Shown: positions 48,980 to 62,764, counted from the stretch's first letter. The stretch is DNA of 64,000 nucleotides from Octopus bimaculoides (GCF_001194135.2 NC_068988.1:30852618-30916617), one strand, 5' to 3'. Notes: a model not told the origin generated them from the sequence alone. Numbers and translations are program-made.

Positions 48980-49306
48980 GTTTAAACATAAAAATATGTA
49001 TGTGTGAGTGCATATATGTGTATGTTGGCAATCTAAAATTATCTTACGATCGTTTCGCGAAAATATTGTTGCTGTAATAATATCCTAAATGGATTATTAT
49101 ATATAGGTAATATTTCCGCTCATCAGAGATGTAATTATTTTTGTGATATGTATAGTTTTTTTAAAAATAATATTAATAATATAGTCTATAAAAATTTAAA
49201 AAATATATAAGAAGGTAATCTATTTAAAATTACTGTCCTTGAAGTTGGTGAATTGGTGAAAAAATTATATATATGAAGATGTGTGCATGTCTTTATGTAT
49301 ACATAC

Positions 49307-49360
<54 letters not shown>

Positions 49361-49509
49361 CATTGACACTCACCATTCAATGACCATCCCTGCTCACTGC
49401 CGAACCTCTTCCCCTCCATCCACCACACACTATTAGGCATTATCTGTTTGTCACCAACAATGTCTAAGCAGGATGCTCCCAATATCTTAGCACTGGCGTC
49501 TCATAGATT

Positions 49510-51170
49510 ATATTCTGATCCAAAAATGTGATATGGAAGTCGTTTCTAGCGTGCGGACCATGAGAGGCATAGAGAGGTGGACTGACCATCGTCTAGTGGG
49601 TGCAAAGACAGATTTTTTGATAATGCCTGGGAATCGACAGTCTAGTCCTATGGTACCCAAAAAGTTAAATGCTGCAAACTTTAAGTTATCAAGCAACTTG
49701 AAAAGATTCCAATACACTATAGAAATTATCAATCTTGACCCAAACAACCTGTGGGAAGATTTCAAAACAAAATTATTTCAAGCTGTAGGTTCTTCAGAAG
49801 TATTTAAATCACACAAGTCTAGTGACTGGTTCTCAGATAAATCAGTGAAATTAATGATCTAATTTTAGAAAAGCAAATCTTAAGCAATACACTTCTTTCT
49901 CCGTCCTTGAACCCCAACTCAAATGAAGTTTACAGAAAGCTGAAAGGGAAAGTGCGGACTGCTCTAAGGACAATTAAATAGGAATGGTGGAATGATAAAG
50001 CAAAAGGGGCATAAGAAGTAGCTGATAGAAAGGACGCCAAGGGTTTGTACTCTTATGTTAAGGAGATATATGGCCAGAAATCTTCAATAGCTCCAGTGTG
50101 AATATAGCAAATGGACGTTTGCTTCTGACTGACACAGCTTTTATTCATAAGCACTGCGTTGAATATTTTTTGCACTTTTGGAATACATCATCTGCTGACA
50201 TGTGGATGATAGAAAATATCGAACACCTTCCAGTTATAGACGTGATGGCATTTGAACCAACCCTATAAGACATTTATTTAGCTGTGAATAAGCGGAATAA
50301 CAATAAGTTCCCAGGATCTGATGGAATCTATGCAGAAGTCTTGAAATATGGGGGCGACAAAATGTTTGAACTCTTGAATATATTAATTTGTCACTGTTGT
50401 TGAATTGAGAAATTGCCTCAAGATTGGATTGAGGCCATTTTAGTCTCTTTGTATAAATTGGGGCCAAAGTATATGTATGGTAATTTTCGTGAGATTTCGC
50501 TTTTGTCTGTGGTTGGAAAGGTACTTGCCCGCATTTTATTAGAACTTTTAAATACTTTCATAGTTCCAAATATAGTCTCAGTGTGGTTTTCGTTCCACCA
50601 GAGGAACAGCTGATTGTATCTTTACTATCAGACAATTTCAAGAAAATTGTATTGAACTGAAACTTGGTCTATACCATTGCTTTGTTGATTTGAGCAAAAC
50701 ATTCGATACTGTTAATATAAATGCTCTGTGGCTAATTCTAAGGAAAATAAGTTGCTTAGAAAAACAGGTTTCATCAACCTGTGTGTGGTGCTGTTTGTAA
50801 CGCTACTAAAATTATTGTTATGGGTAAGGTACTTGAGGTTGTCGATTCCTTCATCTATCTTGGAAGCTCTGTACAAAATTATGGAAATGTTGATACAGAA
50901 ATACATCTGTGAATTCAAAGGACAGCAAAAGCATTTGTTTGCTTGGAGTCATGCGTTTGGTACAAAGCTGGTTCTTTACAAATCATTTGTCTTACCATCC
51001 TTGTTGTATTCTTGTGAAAAATGGCAGACAGTAGGAAAAGCTACCCAACGCGAAAAGAAGATTAAGTGTCGAAGACATATCCTTGTCCAATATAGAATGT
51101 AAAAGAGACAAGTCAGGAACCACAGATATTAGTACTCTTGTTACTTAAACTTAGGTGTTGAAAGAAAATG
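49510..51170 (+). mobile_element. Second RTE-clade LINE, degenerate (APE C-terminus + RT)
   Basis: VRTMRGIERWTDHRLV and PQDWIEAILVSLYK...NFREISLLSVVGKVLARILL. Confidence 0.8.
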
Positions 51171-53656
51171 GGCTCTCCATTTTATTGATGTGTTGGATTG
51201 CCTTTCAAGGAAGAAGTCAATACGCTGACTACAGGTGTGTTTTCTGTCAATAAGTAATTGAGAAATTTAGGGTTATATTTGTGTAGCGAAGAATGAATTC
51301 AGTTCATATTCTGTTGTCAATCTTGGTATGCTGCCTTAAAAAGTAAAAATGCATAGAAGCGAAGCTCAGCGCAGTAGTTACCCTAGTCGAAACTGAAGAT
51401 ATGATGTAAGTGGAAACCCTTGATCGAATGGTGGATTACTGTAAAGTTATTAGATCTTAAAACGTAGTATAAACATCGTGAATGCTCATTTAAATGTTGG
51501 TTAGGCCGACTGCCAAATAATATTTCTTACGTCGGAGACAACAGTTTTAGCACCAATTTTATATCAAGTGGTAAGAACAACATGTTTTAGAAATAAGACA
51601 GACAAGACTTTTACTCAGATAGAGATATTTTATTTAACGATTAAAGGATTAATTTGGTTACGACCGACCGGAAAGAAAATTTACATCAATAAAAAAAGAA
51701 GAAAGAATAATTACTCTTCAAATATTACATTCTGAAAGTAAATACGTGAGCTTGTATTTGTGTGTTACAGAATGATCCAGAAAGTTTACAGAGCATATGG
51801 CAAAAAATATGTACGTGTACGTGTGTGAGGAATACCCTCCACTTCTTATTTGAACAGCGATACAAGCTGGGGTAAGATAAACTCTAAAATAAGGAATCGA
51901 ACATTACATTTACATTTACATTGTAAAATGGATTCAGAAATTTTCTTAAAGAATCAGCAGAACAAGCCATAAAGCAGTGTGGCTGATGAAGAATGCTACA
52001 TCTACAAGCCAGGCAGTTGCCTTTCTGACTCAGCCTTAAGATACGCTCATGGGAATAGCAAAAATGAAAAAGGATATTTTTGGAGAATAAAATTTATATA
52101 GACTGCAAAAGATAGTTAGAATATTAACAGATAAGTGTGAAACTAGCGTAAGCCTGTGCGTGCGTGAGAATATGCTAAAAGCTTGGATAGTTTAAATAAG
52201 CTACGATGACGGATATTTTTGTTTGACTGAATTCGTCAAAGAGAAGACATCTTATTTCTGGTAGAACTCTCTGCAGGAGATCCCAGTTTTGTTTGAAGAC
52301 AATTTTAAGTCTAATGGCTGTTTAGTCTTTCTTTTCCTTTATCGTTCACTTTCTCTCCCTCTCACATACCCACAAACACTCGCACGCGTGTGTAATTATT
52401 CTGCCATGGTAAAGTCATTAATATATCAGACACGTTCCTTCAAATTACATATTACCACTTTCAAATTGTCAGATCACGTTAGGACACGTCTTACTTGGTA
52501 TACATGAAAAGATAGTGAATACAATCCTAATTCCTTTCAACATAAGTCTTTCGATAAGAGCTTACTTGGATGTAAACAATATATACAAAGATGGATGCAG
52601 GTGTATTTTATTTTTACCCTCTAATGTAATAAGTCCGAATAATTGTGAAGATTTGGTACTTAGGTAAAGCTTGAGATGAATTCTCGATGTGTTAAACATT
52701 GCATTTCATCATACTGCATCGCGTAGAAGACAAATACCAGTAAGATATTGTAAATTTTAAATAACTGCTCCATCTCTGCAAATTATTACCTTAATATGTG
52801 CACGTGCGNNNNNNNNNNNNNNNNNNNNNNNNNNNNNNNNNNNNNNNNNNNNNNNNNNNNNNNNNNNNNNNNNNNNNNNNNNNNNNNNNNNNNNNNNNNN
52901 NNNNNNNNNNNNNNNNNNNNNNNNNNNNNNNNNNNNNNNNNNNNNNNNNNNNNNNNNNNNNNNNNNNNNNNNNNNNNNNNNNNNNNNNNNNNNNNNNNNN
53001 NNAGTGTCTCGTAAATTTAAAATCCATTCTCTTACAGAACTCGTGCCTTTTCTCTCTCTTTCGCTTCCTTTAGCTCAAGCCTTCCTTCTGAGCAAGAGAC
53101 ATCTCACACTCATACACTTAGACACACACATCCATTACACCTTCCTCATTCCTCTTGCCTTTTCATTTGCTTAAAACTCTCGTTTGTTTCTATATCTCCA
53201 CTCATGTCAAACAATCACTCACATACTAGTTCCATTATGTGCCATTTACCACACATTAATACTCGCCTACACTTGTACATAAACATCCACCTCTCCTTCC
53301 TTCTTAACTCCCTTTCACACAACTGCATTTCCTAACACTTCGTCTCCTTTTTTCTCTCGCTCACTGACTACTCCACTTACGCAGTCCCGTATGCTTTTGT
53401 CTTTCTTCCAGTAAAGGTCTACCGTCCCTAATGTTACAATTATTTCTATTCCCATTAAAGCGTTAAGCTAACACCATTTACGCTGAACCTTTTCTCCCCT
53501 GTAATATCTTACTTTATTGTTCACTGCATTTCCACTATCTGTTTATCTGTCCATCTGTCAGTATCTATCTATTTATCTCTCTATTTATCTGTCTGTCAAT
53601 CTCTCTATGTATATGTGCTTGTGCACGTACGTACGTACGTATGCATGTATGTATGC

Positions 53657-53792
53657 TGCATGTATGAATCTTTGTATGTATGTGTATATGCATGTATGAA
53701 TCTTTGTATGTATGTGTATATGCATGTATGAATCTTTGTATGTATGTGTATATGCATGTATGAATCTTTGTATGTATGTGTATATGCATGTA
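53657..53792. repeat. 32-bp minisatellite, about 4 copies
   Basis: TGCATGTATGAATCTTTGTATGTATGTGTATA repeated. Confidence 0.85.
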
Positions 53793-53827
53793 TGTATATC
53801 ATTGTTCAGTTTTATTTCAAGATTTCT

Positions 53828-54258
53828 AGGCGTAGAAGTGCCTGCGTGGTAATTAGCTTGCTTACCAACTACATGATTCCGGGTTCAGTCCCACTGCGTG
53901 GCACCTTGGGCAAGTATCTTCTACTATAGCCTCGGGCTGACCAAAGCCTTATGAGTGGATTTGGTAGACGAAAACTGAAACAAGCCCGTCGTTTATATGT
54001 ATATGTGTATATATGTATGTGTGTGTGAGTATATGTTTGTGTGTCTGTGTTTGTCCTCCCAACATCGATTGACAACTGATGCTGGTGTGTTTACGTCCCC
54101 GTAACTTAGCGGTTCGACATAAGAGACCGATAGAATAAGTACTAGGTTTACAAAGAATAAGTCCTGGAGTCGATTTATTCGACTAAAGGCGGTGCTCCAG
54201 CATGGCCACAGTCAAATGACTGAAACAAGTAAAAGAGTAAAAGAGTAAAAAGAGTAAA
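53828..54258 (+). mobile_element. Full-length SINE (family B) with (GTAAAAGA)n tail; partial copies at ~39585-39770 (+) and ~42640-42812 (-)
   Basis: tRNA-like head tggtaa...gggttcagtccca, central (TG)n, and a 3' tail repeat. Confidence 0.8.
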
Positions 54259-54259
54259 C

Positions 54260-54615
54260 TGATAAAGAGCCGGTTTCTAATCAAGATCCAAGGCTCCTGA
54301 ATTGAAATTTCAACATCAACAGTATTTTCGTGTGTATGTATGTATGTATGTATGTATGTTTGTATGATATGTTTGAATGTGGTGTGTGCCAGAGGGTTTG
54401 CAAATCCAATGGGGGTCTTAAAAGACATGTTAGGATCCACAATGAGCAGAACTTACTTGCAGGTATTGGTAGTGCAAATCAGAGGTGCAATCTGTGTGGG
54501 TGTTTTTTCAAAACACTGTCTGGTTTAAAAAGCCACATCAGACGCCATGAAAGGGCTAAGGTGTAGGTGCAGGAGGTGGTCAAACTCTGTTTAAGGAGTA
54601 GACAACCACCACCAT
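54260..54615 (+). mobile_element. Repeat-associated twin C2H2 zinc-finger fragment, probably a LINE 3' end
   Basis: FECGVCQRVCKSNGGLKRHVRIH and CNLCGCFFKTLSGLKSHIRRH, then a stop, short UTR and (TATG)n tail. No TGEKP linker. Confidence 0.5.
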
Positions 54616-54831
54616 GTATGTATGTATGTATGTATGTATGTGTGTATAAGTATAGGTGTGTATAAATGTATGTGTGTATAAGTGTATGTGTGTGAGAGTG
54701 TGTGTGTGCTTATGCATATATGGATGTATGCATGAATACATGTATGTATGTATGTATGTATGTATGTATGTATGTAGGTATGGATGTATGTAAGAATATA
54801 ATAATACACAATTTCTGGAATAAAATATATT

Positions 54832-54881
54832 CTACTTGAAAAGGATTGAGACTCTGAGATCTTCAAAATATTGCTTTACGC
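54832..54881 (-). CDS. Paralog 4 terminal exon 5
   Basis: gatttcag|GC..., (G)VKQYFEDLRVSILFK*. 50 nt, with flanks homologous to 34089-34138. Confidence 0.7.
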
Positions 54882-55019
54882 CTGAAATCAATTGTAAAAG
54901 AATAAAGATATTGTTAAAAATTAATAAATTTAAATCTGTAATTCTCAATGGTACATACATACATACATACATACATACATACATACATACATACATAACT
55001 CAAACCAACATTTGGGCTG

Positions 55020-55780
55020 CTTGATTGGACCCTTGATAAGAAATCCGAAAAATACTAACTAGTACACGAAATTTCCACACAAACAGTGATGTATACCGCC
55101 TCTACCAAAAATGAAAATAAGGTGGAAAAGGCTTAACATCGATTCTAAATACCTTTGAATGTCGCATCATATCCCTTCGATAACATATCTTAACCAAGTG
55201 CATCCCTTGATCAAGTTTGCATACTTGACGTTAATAATATCACAAGACTTGGAAGGCAGCTTCTTGAGCAACACTTTTTGTCTGATAACTTAGAATACAT
55301 GCCCAAAGAAGTCGCAGCGTTCTACCGCTGCGTATCATCAGATGAAAGGATGAGCCTATATGAGCAGAAGACTATACATGGATATGTTACTAAAAAGTTC
55401 CATGATGATAGTAACATCGATCATCAAAGCAGTTTATCAAGGATCAATAGCCGGAAAACTACCTCTCACTTTGAAGTGTATGCGTTTGCAATCCAGGAAC
55501 AGGAAATATCATCAACCAAAAGGGATAGAAATGGAGGAAAAGCCGTAAAGTGTGACAACTGATGCAGACTTTGTGGAGTTCACATTGAAGATATCACCCA
55601 CAATATAAGCTGTTGTCTGAAAATGTCATCACAGTATTATCTACTGATGAGATACGACGTTGTATTTAGGACACTCTGTAATGAAATCCGTCGGAAGGAT
55701 GATACCGAAGACAAAGAAATAAGAACCCATTATATGGTGGAAGTCATAGCCACTCATAATAAAAAGGAATACTAGCAAAT
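55020..55780 (+). mobile_element. R4/Dong-like C-terminal fragment with CCHC zinc knuckle
   Basis: KTIHGYV...HFEVYAFAIQEQEIS...CRLCGVHIEDITHNISCC. Confidence 0.7.
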
Positions 55781-56321
55781 TATATATCAAAAGTACAATA
55801 TTACACGGATATACTTTCAACTTCAGTGGGTTCCGTCCGGTTCTTTAAAAACGATCATTTCTCTTATAAACGTGCTTCTACGATATTTTTCGTTTGTCCC
55901 CAAACCAGACTTAACGTAAGCAATTTCCCTTCTTTTCTGTACATAAGATGAGATTAATGTATTTCAACTTCTAATAGATCCCAATTAAGGATCGTATTTA
56001 AAAACTTTAATGTGAAAAAAATTTCATCATTATTCATAAGAAAACTACTAAAATTTTCTGTCTTCCAAAATGTCATGATTTCTCAGTTATTTCTTTCTTT
56101 TTTATTAATAAGCTCTCAGTTAATCACATCTCTTTAATCTCTCTGTCTTTACTTATTTCTTTCTTTCCGTTATATCGTTCTTTTGTGAGACCGTGTCTTA
56201 TTTCTTGCTCTCACTATCCTAATGCAAACTTTACAATCATTTGAACTGTCTTTATAAACAGTATGGTCAACATTCTGTAAATAATCTATCTTCCTTTCGA
56301 ATCTTCCCTCAATAATATCGA

Positions 56322-56367
<46 letters not shown>

Positions 56368-56391
56368 GTATGAGTGTGTATGTGTGTATGA

Positions 56392-56468
<77 letters not shown>

Positions 56469-56595
56469 AATACATACGGATAAGCATATATACTCGTACT
56501 CATAGACACACATACTATATATGTGTATATAGACATACAGACATACAGACATACAATTATTTGCACTCACAAACAGGATGATACATTTTGCATAC

Positions 56596-56697
56596 CATAT
56601 TACATAGAATAAATTTCGTACTTTTCATTTTCCATTTTGGCTTCCATCTAATTACCGTAATTAGAATTTTCTTCATAATCCACGCGAAAATACGCTC
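56596..56697 (-). pseudogene. Paralog 4 exon 4, disrupted
   Basis: Homologous frame reads AYFRVDYEENSNYGN*MEAKMENEKYEIYSM*Y versus [24 protein letters not shown] in paralog 3. Donor G|gtatgc is retained. Confidence 0.75.
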
Positions 56698-57189
56698 CTG
56701 AGATACTACAGTTAATAAATTTAATAACGACTATACCAAGACATGACAGAAGTAAATAGACACGCCATAATACATCGTTTTCTGTTCGTTTCAATTAAAA
56801 AGTCATATGTTCTTTTGTTAATTGACGTTTTTATGGTTCAGTTTCTATATGTGATTGTTTAATCATGTCAAGTAAAAGAAAATGCCTTAGAACTGTCTCG
56901 AAGAGGACATATTGACTGTCAATCTGAAGGTGGGCTTCACCAGCGTAAAATCGCAGAAAACCTTGGGGTCCCGCTTTTGACACTTAGTGGAGTGATTGTG
57001 CAATTCACCAGAGAAAGGAAGGAGTCCACAAATCTCTTGTAGCCTTGCCTTTCATTCTGTCTTAGATTGCTATTTGCCCATCTCTCATGTCACCATTATT
57101 TTTATTATCTTCTTCCAAACCATCTAAATGTCTCTCATCGAGCTAGCCATCAATGTTCTTTTCCTGTGGTTTATTAGAGATTTCAACTC

Positions 57190-58280
57190 TGTTTTCTACT
57201 ATGAGATTACTTTTATCAGTAGGAACTGAATTTTCATCGTTTTTCGGCTACTGTTTTCCAATACCCGTCTTTTGATAGCGTCGAGCTCTACTTCTGCAAA
57301 CCAATGATATTTTCTTATTGCTCTAGCTTGATCATATAATCTCTGTTTCGTATGTTGAAACAATCCTCTTTCTTTCCATTGATCATACATACGTTGTCGG
57401 TACCCCACTAGATGAACACCATCTTCATCTACGGAGTTGCTCAGGTAGTAACATTCCAAGACCACAGCATTGTCTTATTTGTTCCAACTACGCTGTGTGT
57501 ACTGACTCCTTGCTGGATAACGACAGGTTGGTGTCGGACCAGTATCACTGAGCCTGCCGGGTGCAACACTGTCACCATGGTCTTCAGTTTAATTACTGCC
57601 GTTATTCACAATATTTTGTTCTTTCAGTGTCACTCAAATGAGGTAGCGATTATCTGGTTCTGCAATTACCAGTGTTTTTTTTGTGACAGCATCACAAGAT
57701 GTATCATCAATTGAATTATCGTTTTTTTTCTTTTAGTTCTTCCTGTCGTAGACAGTCTCAAGATGCAGACAACTGAGTGTTTGTCAGTTTTATCAGTTAA
57801 TAGCACCGCTCTTGCCTTTACCCGAACGTCCATCATAGACTCAAAAGACGATTCCAGACGATAACAAAATTTATCGTTGGCATCTTTCTTAAAGTATTCA
57901 TATACCAGATATACTTATATTAGAGATCCCATTTCCAGTAGAAATTACATATGATGCTGCGGTGACTTCATCAAGGGAAGGGTTTGTAGATGATCTTAAT
58001 CTTTTGTGCATATTCTTCAAAGGCCACAGTGGCCCTTCTTTCAATCTAAGTTTCAGGAGACAAACATTCCCACTTAATGGGTCCACTGCATAATACAACC
58101 CAACAGCCCGCACCTGAGAGTCTCACCACCCCTAACAAGTACAGACGTAGTTGGCACCACATCTGACTAGGGGAGTTTCCACCCTCTATCCAAATCTACA
58201 GGGCCAGAGTTACGGAACCTAGCAGAAGAGACACCAACTATATGTAGCGGGTAGCGTTTGACCCCCTTCTCTAGTCTGCT
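57190..58280 (-). mobile_element. R4/Dong-like element 5' part (5'UTR + ORF N-terminus) nested in the Tc1
   Basis: VLECYYLSNSVDEDGVHLVGYRQRMYDQWKERGLFQHTKQRLYDQARAIRKYHWFAEVELDAIKRRV. Confidence 0.7.
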
Positions 58281-58367
58281 CTTTAACAATAAAAGTTGTA
58301 ACACTCCAATAGACAATGCGGTATTCTACCGAACCGTTTTCTTATTGCATGTATTGGTGGTCTTATA

Positions 58368-58745
58368 AGGTGGCGACCTGGCAGAAAGATTATCACGCCA
58401 GGTGAAATGCTTAGTTCGGAGTTCAAATTCCGCCGAGGTCGACTTTGCCTTTCATCCTTTCGGGGTCGATAAATTAAGTACCAGCTACGCACTGGGGTCG
58501 ATGTAATCGACTTAATCCCTTTGTCTATCCGTGTTTGTCGCCTCTATGTTTAGCCCCTTGTAGGCAATAAAGAAATAAGAAACTTTAGCACGCAGGGCGA
58601 AATGCTTAGCGGTATTTCGTCTGCTTTTACATTCTGAGTTCAAATTCCACAGACGTCGACTTTGCCTTTTATCTTTTCTGGGGCGATAAATTAAGTGCCA
58701 GCTGCCCCCTACCCCAAAATTTCAGGCCTTGTGCTTGGAGAAGAA
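58368..58745 (+). mobile_element. Two tandem family-A SINEs nested in the Tc1; another at ~60325-60510
   Basis: B-box-like gagttcaaattcc and a shared core repeated twice. Confidence 0.8.
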
Positions 58746-61519
58746 AAGGGTCTTATGAAAATCATGTAAAAATTTGGAATTACTATCCGACGAGCGAATT
58801 AACATGTGTATGTGTGTATGTATGTATGTAATCCAAACATAGCTTGTATGAAAATAACTAGTATTCAAACATGCATACTTTTCCACACACAAACACCCAA
58901 ACACACATACACTCATGTATGTGTGTTTGGGTATATGTTTCACATATACACACATACACACATATATATCTACATCCTGTTCGTACACGTACACGCACAT
59001 ATATTTACTTCCTTTTCGTATATAGTTTGCAAAATTCTTTATGTCAATCCGTGTGTTGAAACAAATTTCGTTGTGTCTGAGGGGAGTGTTATATTAAGGC
59101 ACTCTGACTCTCTCCAGACAAATGTATATATATGCGTGGGTGTGTGTATGTGGGTGTGTGTATGTGTGTGTGTGTATGTGTGTGTGTGTATATGTGAGTC
59201 CAGATTTGCTGTATTTTTTGACAGTGTTCGAGTGTGTGCCTTGGAGACTCTGTGGTCAAGAATTCGATGTGAAGAGATTGCAACCAACAATGAAACACGG
59301 CGGCTATTCTGTGATGGTCTGGAGAGAATTTTGTAGTAATGGTTGATCAGAGCTTGTGGAGTGTAAGGGAAACACGAACTCAAATAAATATCTGTCCATA
59401 TTGCCGAAGTGATTCCTCCCGATCTTCTGCAAGGATAAAATGATTAAATTAGACTATTTATGTAAGATAGGGCTCCTTGTCACAAGACTGCAAAGACCCA
59501 ATACCGGTTGGAAGTAAATGGCCTTAAGAAGCTTCTACGTCCAAGCTAATCACCAGATATGAATCCTTTTGAATCCATTTGTGGCATAGAGGACGGGATA
59601 CTTCGTAAAAGAATAAAAAAGGCATTCTCACAGCCAGATCTGAGATTACTGCATGAAACTTGGAAGAAATTCCTGAAGAGAATATTCATCTAATCAATAA
59701 CATGCCTAATAGGGTCCTTGCATTGAAAAATGCCAAGGGCACGTCTACTAAATATTAGATATTCACATTATAATAATCAATAATAATTTGAATGCATTAT
59801 TTCAGATTTAGATAAATTTTAATAATTATATGGGTGTCTATTTACTTCTGTCATGTCTGTGTATTTACGACAATCAGTTCTGCTTAATTAAATTGACGAA
59901 TTTACCTTTTCACCATTGAGATTAGCGAGTGTCTCATAGCCCGTTTGTTATTCACGATATAGAACGTATAATCAACGTGTAATTTGAATAAATCAGATCT
60001 TGTAATTTAGCTTCAGTTCAGGTGTGATCAAGAAGCTCAATAATCAAAAGGCTTTCCAACAATGGTAAACCTGTCATATTTCTTTGTTAGACACAATGTA
60101 TTTCGAATCACATCGACTAATAATGGCAAAATTCTATTTGAGTGGAAAAATCATTGAGAATATTTTAGAAAACCAGATACAGCGTCAACTCCCATTTTTT
60201 TAAATATTGGAATCGCATAATTTTTGAAACCCCCAAAAATAGCGTCTTTCGTCCTCTTCCACAAATTTTAGTTCTTGTACTTAACTTATAAATAATTATA
60301 GAAGTTCAGTAGTTTTGCATTTGGAATGGCGTGTGTAGAGTGGCAGAATCGTTAGATCGTCGGAAAAAATGCCTGGGTGTATTGCTTTCAGCTCTTTATG
60401 TTCTGAGTTCAAATTTACCCCAGAATCTATAAAATAAAGCAACAGTTATTCACTGGAGCCGATGTATTAGATTATGCCCTCACAAAACTCCTAGCTTTGT
60501 TCTTTAATTAGAAACTATTGTTGATATTTCTTTGATGGTGTCATACAAGTTTCAATTGCACTGCTTGTTGCATGGTTTTCACTTTCAGGCCCCACATCTA
60601 AAATATTTCGTTTTGAAGAACCTTTTGCTTCTTTTATGATAATATTTCAGTCAAAAACGTTTCCAGTTGATGATCTTTCCTGTATTAGTCCTCATATTAT
60701 ACTCCCGGTGGGACTCGCTATTGTCACTGAATACAAGACCACTTTGAGAAATCCTCAAATAACAAAGATTAAGATTAAAACTAGCAGGTCACATACTTCG
60801 ACACAGAACTACATCATTCTAAAACGTCTTCCAAATGGACTGCAAAAGAGAGAAAAAGAAAGAGAGAAAAAGAAGAGACAAAACCTGAAATCTACATGAC
60901 GCAGAACATTCACAACCGAAATGGGAGAAGTTAATATTAAAATAGCCAGATGCAGAGAAAATTGCAGCCAACAAAAACCAATGGCATCAACCTGTTGTGT
61001 TCGTGAGCAGAAGCGGAATATTACTAATGCTGATGCGGAGAAGGATATCTGGTCAATGGTGTTCATTTCTCTCTGTTTAGATGTCAAAAATCCTATAGAA
61101 GGTTTTGGCTTACCATCTCTATACAGAACCTTTTCTAGTTCATAATTGTATCTTTTGTCTGAGGTGTTATATCCTTATATTAATTTTGCTAGTAAATTCA
61201 AACCTTATGACGTCACTTGTATCCTTCCTGTGTTAACAAAGCTTTGTAAAATATAATTAATATTGTCCATTTGCTGATAATATAAGCGGCCCTTACACGT
61301 TGAAGATATGGAATACATATCTACACTCATTAAATTATTGCTCAGTGTTTTAGCTTGAGAAACCATCAACGGACTTTTATTTTCTATTTATAAATCTCCG
61401 TTCTGATTTTTCACAAACTTGGTTTCTCCGTGGAACTCGCTGTGTAAAAACGTTTCTTCTAACATTTGCATTCTGTCGCAAATCCTAGTTCCGTTACAGC
61501 ATCAGTATTTGCTTTTTGT

Positions 61520-61524
61520 TATTA

Positions 61525-61559
<35 letters not shown>

Positions 61560-61640
61560 ACTACTACTACTATTACTACTACTGCTGTCACCACCACTAC
61601 CACCGTCACCACTACCACTACCACTACCACTATTACTACT
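61520..61640. repeat. (TAC)n(TGC)n(CAC)n trinucleotide tract
   Basis: Directly visible. Confidence 0.9.
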
Positions 61641-61883
61641 AGGGCCAAATAATGTAGCTTGTGATAGTTTCTTTCCTTAACGTTTTGGGTTCAAATCCTA
61701 GCAAGCCAACATTTGCCTCTCATTATTCTAGGGACGGTAAATTCATACCTGTTAATTAGTGAAATCAATAAAATTGCTTACACCCTTCTCTCAAAATATG
61801 CGATTATTCTTTGACTGCAGAAATCATTATTATTATCACGAAAACATCAAATATGTTAACACAAATAAAGAGATAATATATAC

Positions 61884-62032
61884 TCATTGTTGGATGAAAA
61901 GTTGAATTGAGTGTCGTTTGGGAAATAATGTTTAATGAGTTTATCATTTCGGTACCACGATGTAGAATTCGTCCCTGCTCCATTGAAAAAGAATGTGACA
62001 CGTTTGTGAGTTGCACTCATCCGAAATTTAAC
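61884..62032 (-). CDS. Paralog 4 exon 3
   Basis: ttttacag|GTT...AATGA|gtatat, 149 nt, VKFRMSATHKRVTFFFNGAGTNSTSWYRNDKLIKHYFPNDTQFNFSSNN. Confidence 0.8.
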
Positions 62033-62702
62033 CTGTAAAAGAGAAGTTGACAAGGATTGATAAAGAATGTAAAAGACTGAGAGAGGAGTGAGTAGCAGAA
62101 AGAGAAAGGAGATAATAATGAGTCAAAGGCAGAGAGAAAGAGAGTGAGAAAGTGAGAGAAAGAGAGAAGTGTGGGAGAGCAAGAAATGTTTTAGAACAAA
62201 AGACAAAAAAGAATGGAGAAGTTAGGAAGAGAGAGAGAGAGAGAGAGAGAGAGATAATAAACGAAAATCAAAAGGTGAAATATTTTCTGTATATATATNN
62301 NNNNNNNNNNNNNNNNNNNNNNNNNNNNNNNNNNNNNNNNNNNNNNNNNNNNNNNNNNNNNNNNNNNNNNNNNNNNNNNNNNNNNNNNNNNNNNNNNNNN
62401 NNNNNNNNNNNNNNNNNNNNNNNNNNNNNNNNNNNNNNNNNNNNNNNNNNNNNNNNNNNNNNNNNNNNNNNNNNNNNNNNNNNNNNNNNNNNNNNNNNNN
62501 NNNNNNNNNNNNNNNNNNNNNNNNNNNNNNNNNNNNNNNNNNNNNNNNNNNNNNNNNNNGTATGTATGTATGTATGTATGTATGTATGTATGTATGTATG
62601 TATGTGTATGTAAGTATGTATGTATGTTCAAGTTGTATACATAACTGTTACTCTGTCGAAGGTTGAATACTCACACACACACGCATATATATACACACAC
62701 AC

Positions 62703-62764
<62 letters not shown>

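Larger units (their letters stand above)
56736..59861 (+). mobile_element. Tc1-like transposon with TIRs and TA target, split by nested insertions
   Basis: TIR (C)CAAGACATGACAGAAGTAAATAGACAC at ~56736-56763 is the inverse of ~59834-59861, with TA on both sides. HTH GLHQRKIAENLGVP at ~56935. TMKHGGYSVMVW, APCH and SPDMNPFE at 59290-59580. Confidence 0.8.

Noticed and set aside
53828-53910. tRNA gene (also at 58368 and 42740-42812)
   Set aside because: A/B-box-like heads continue into SINE bodies and tails, and no complete cloverleaf is evident.
54330-54566. Host C2H2 zinc-finger gene
   Set aside because: No splice context or canonical linkers, and it is flanked by repeat-type tails. Treated as TE-derived.
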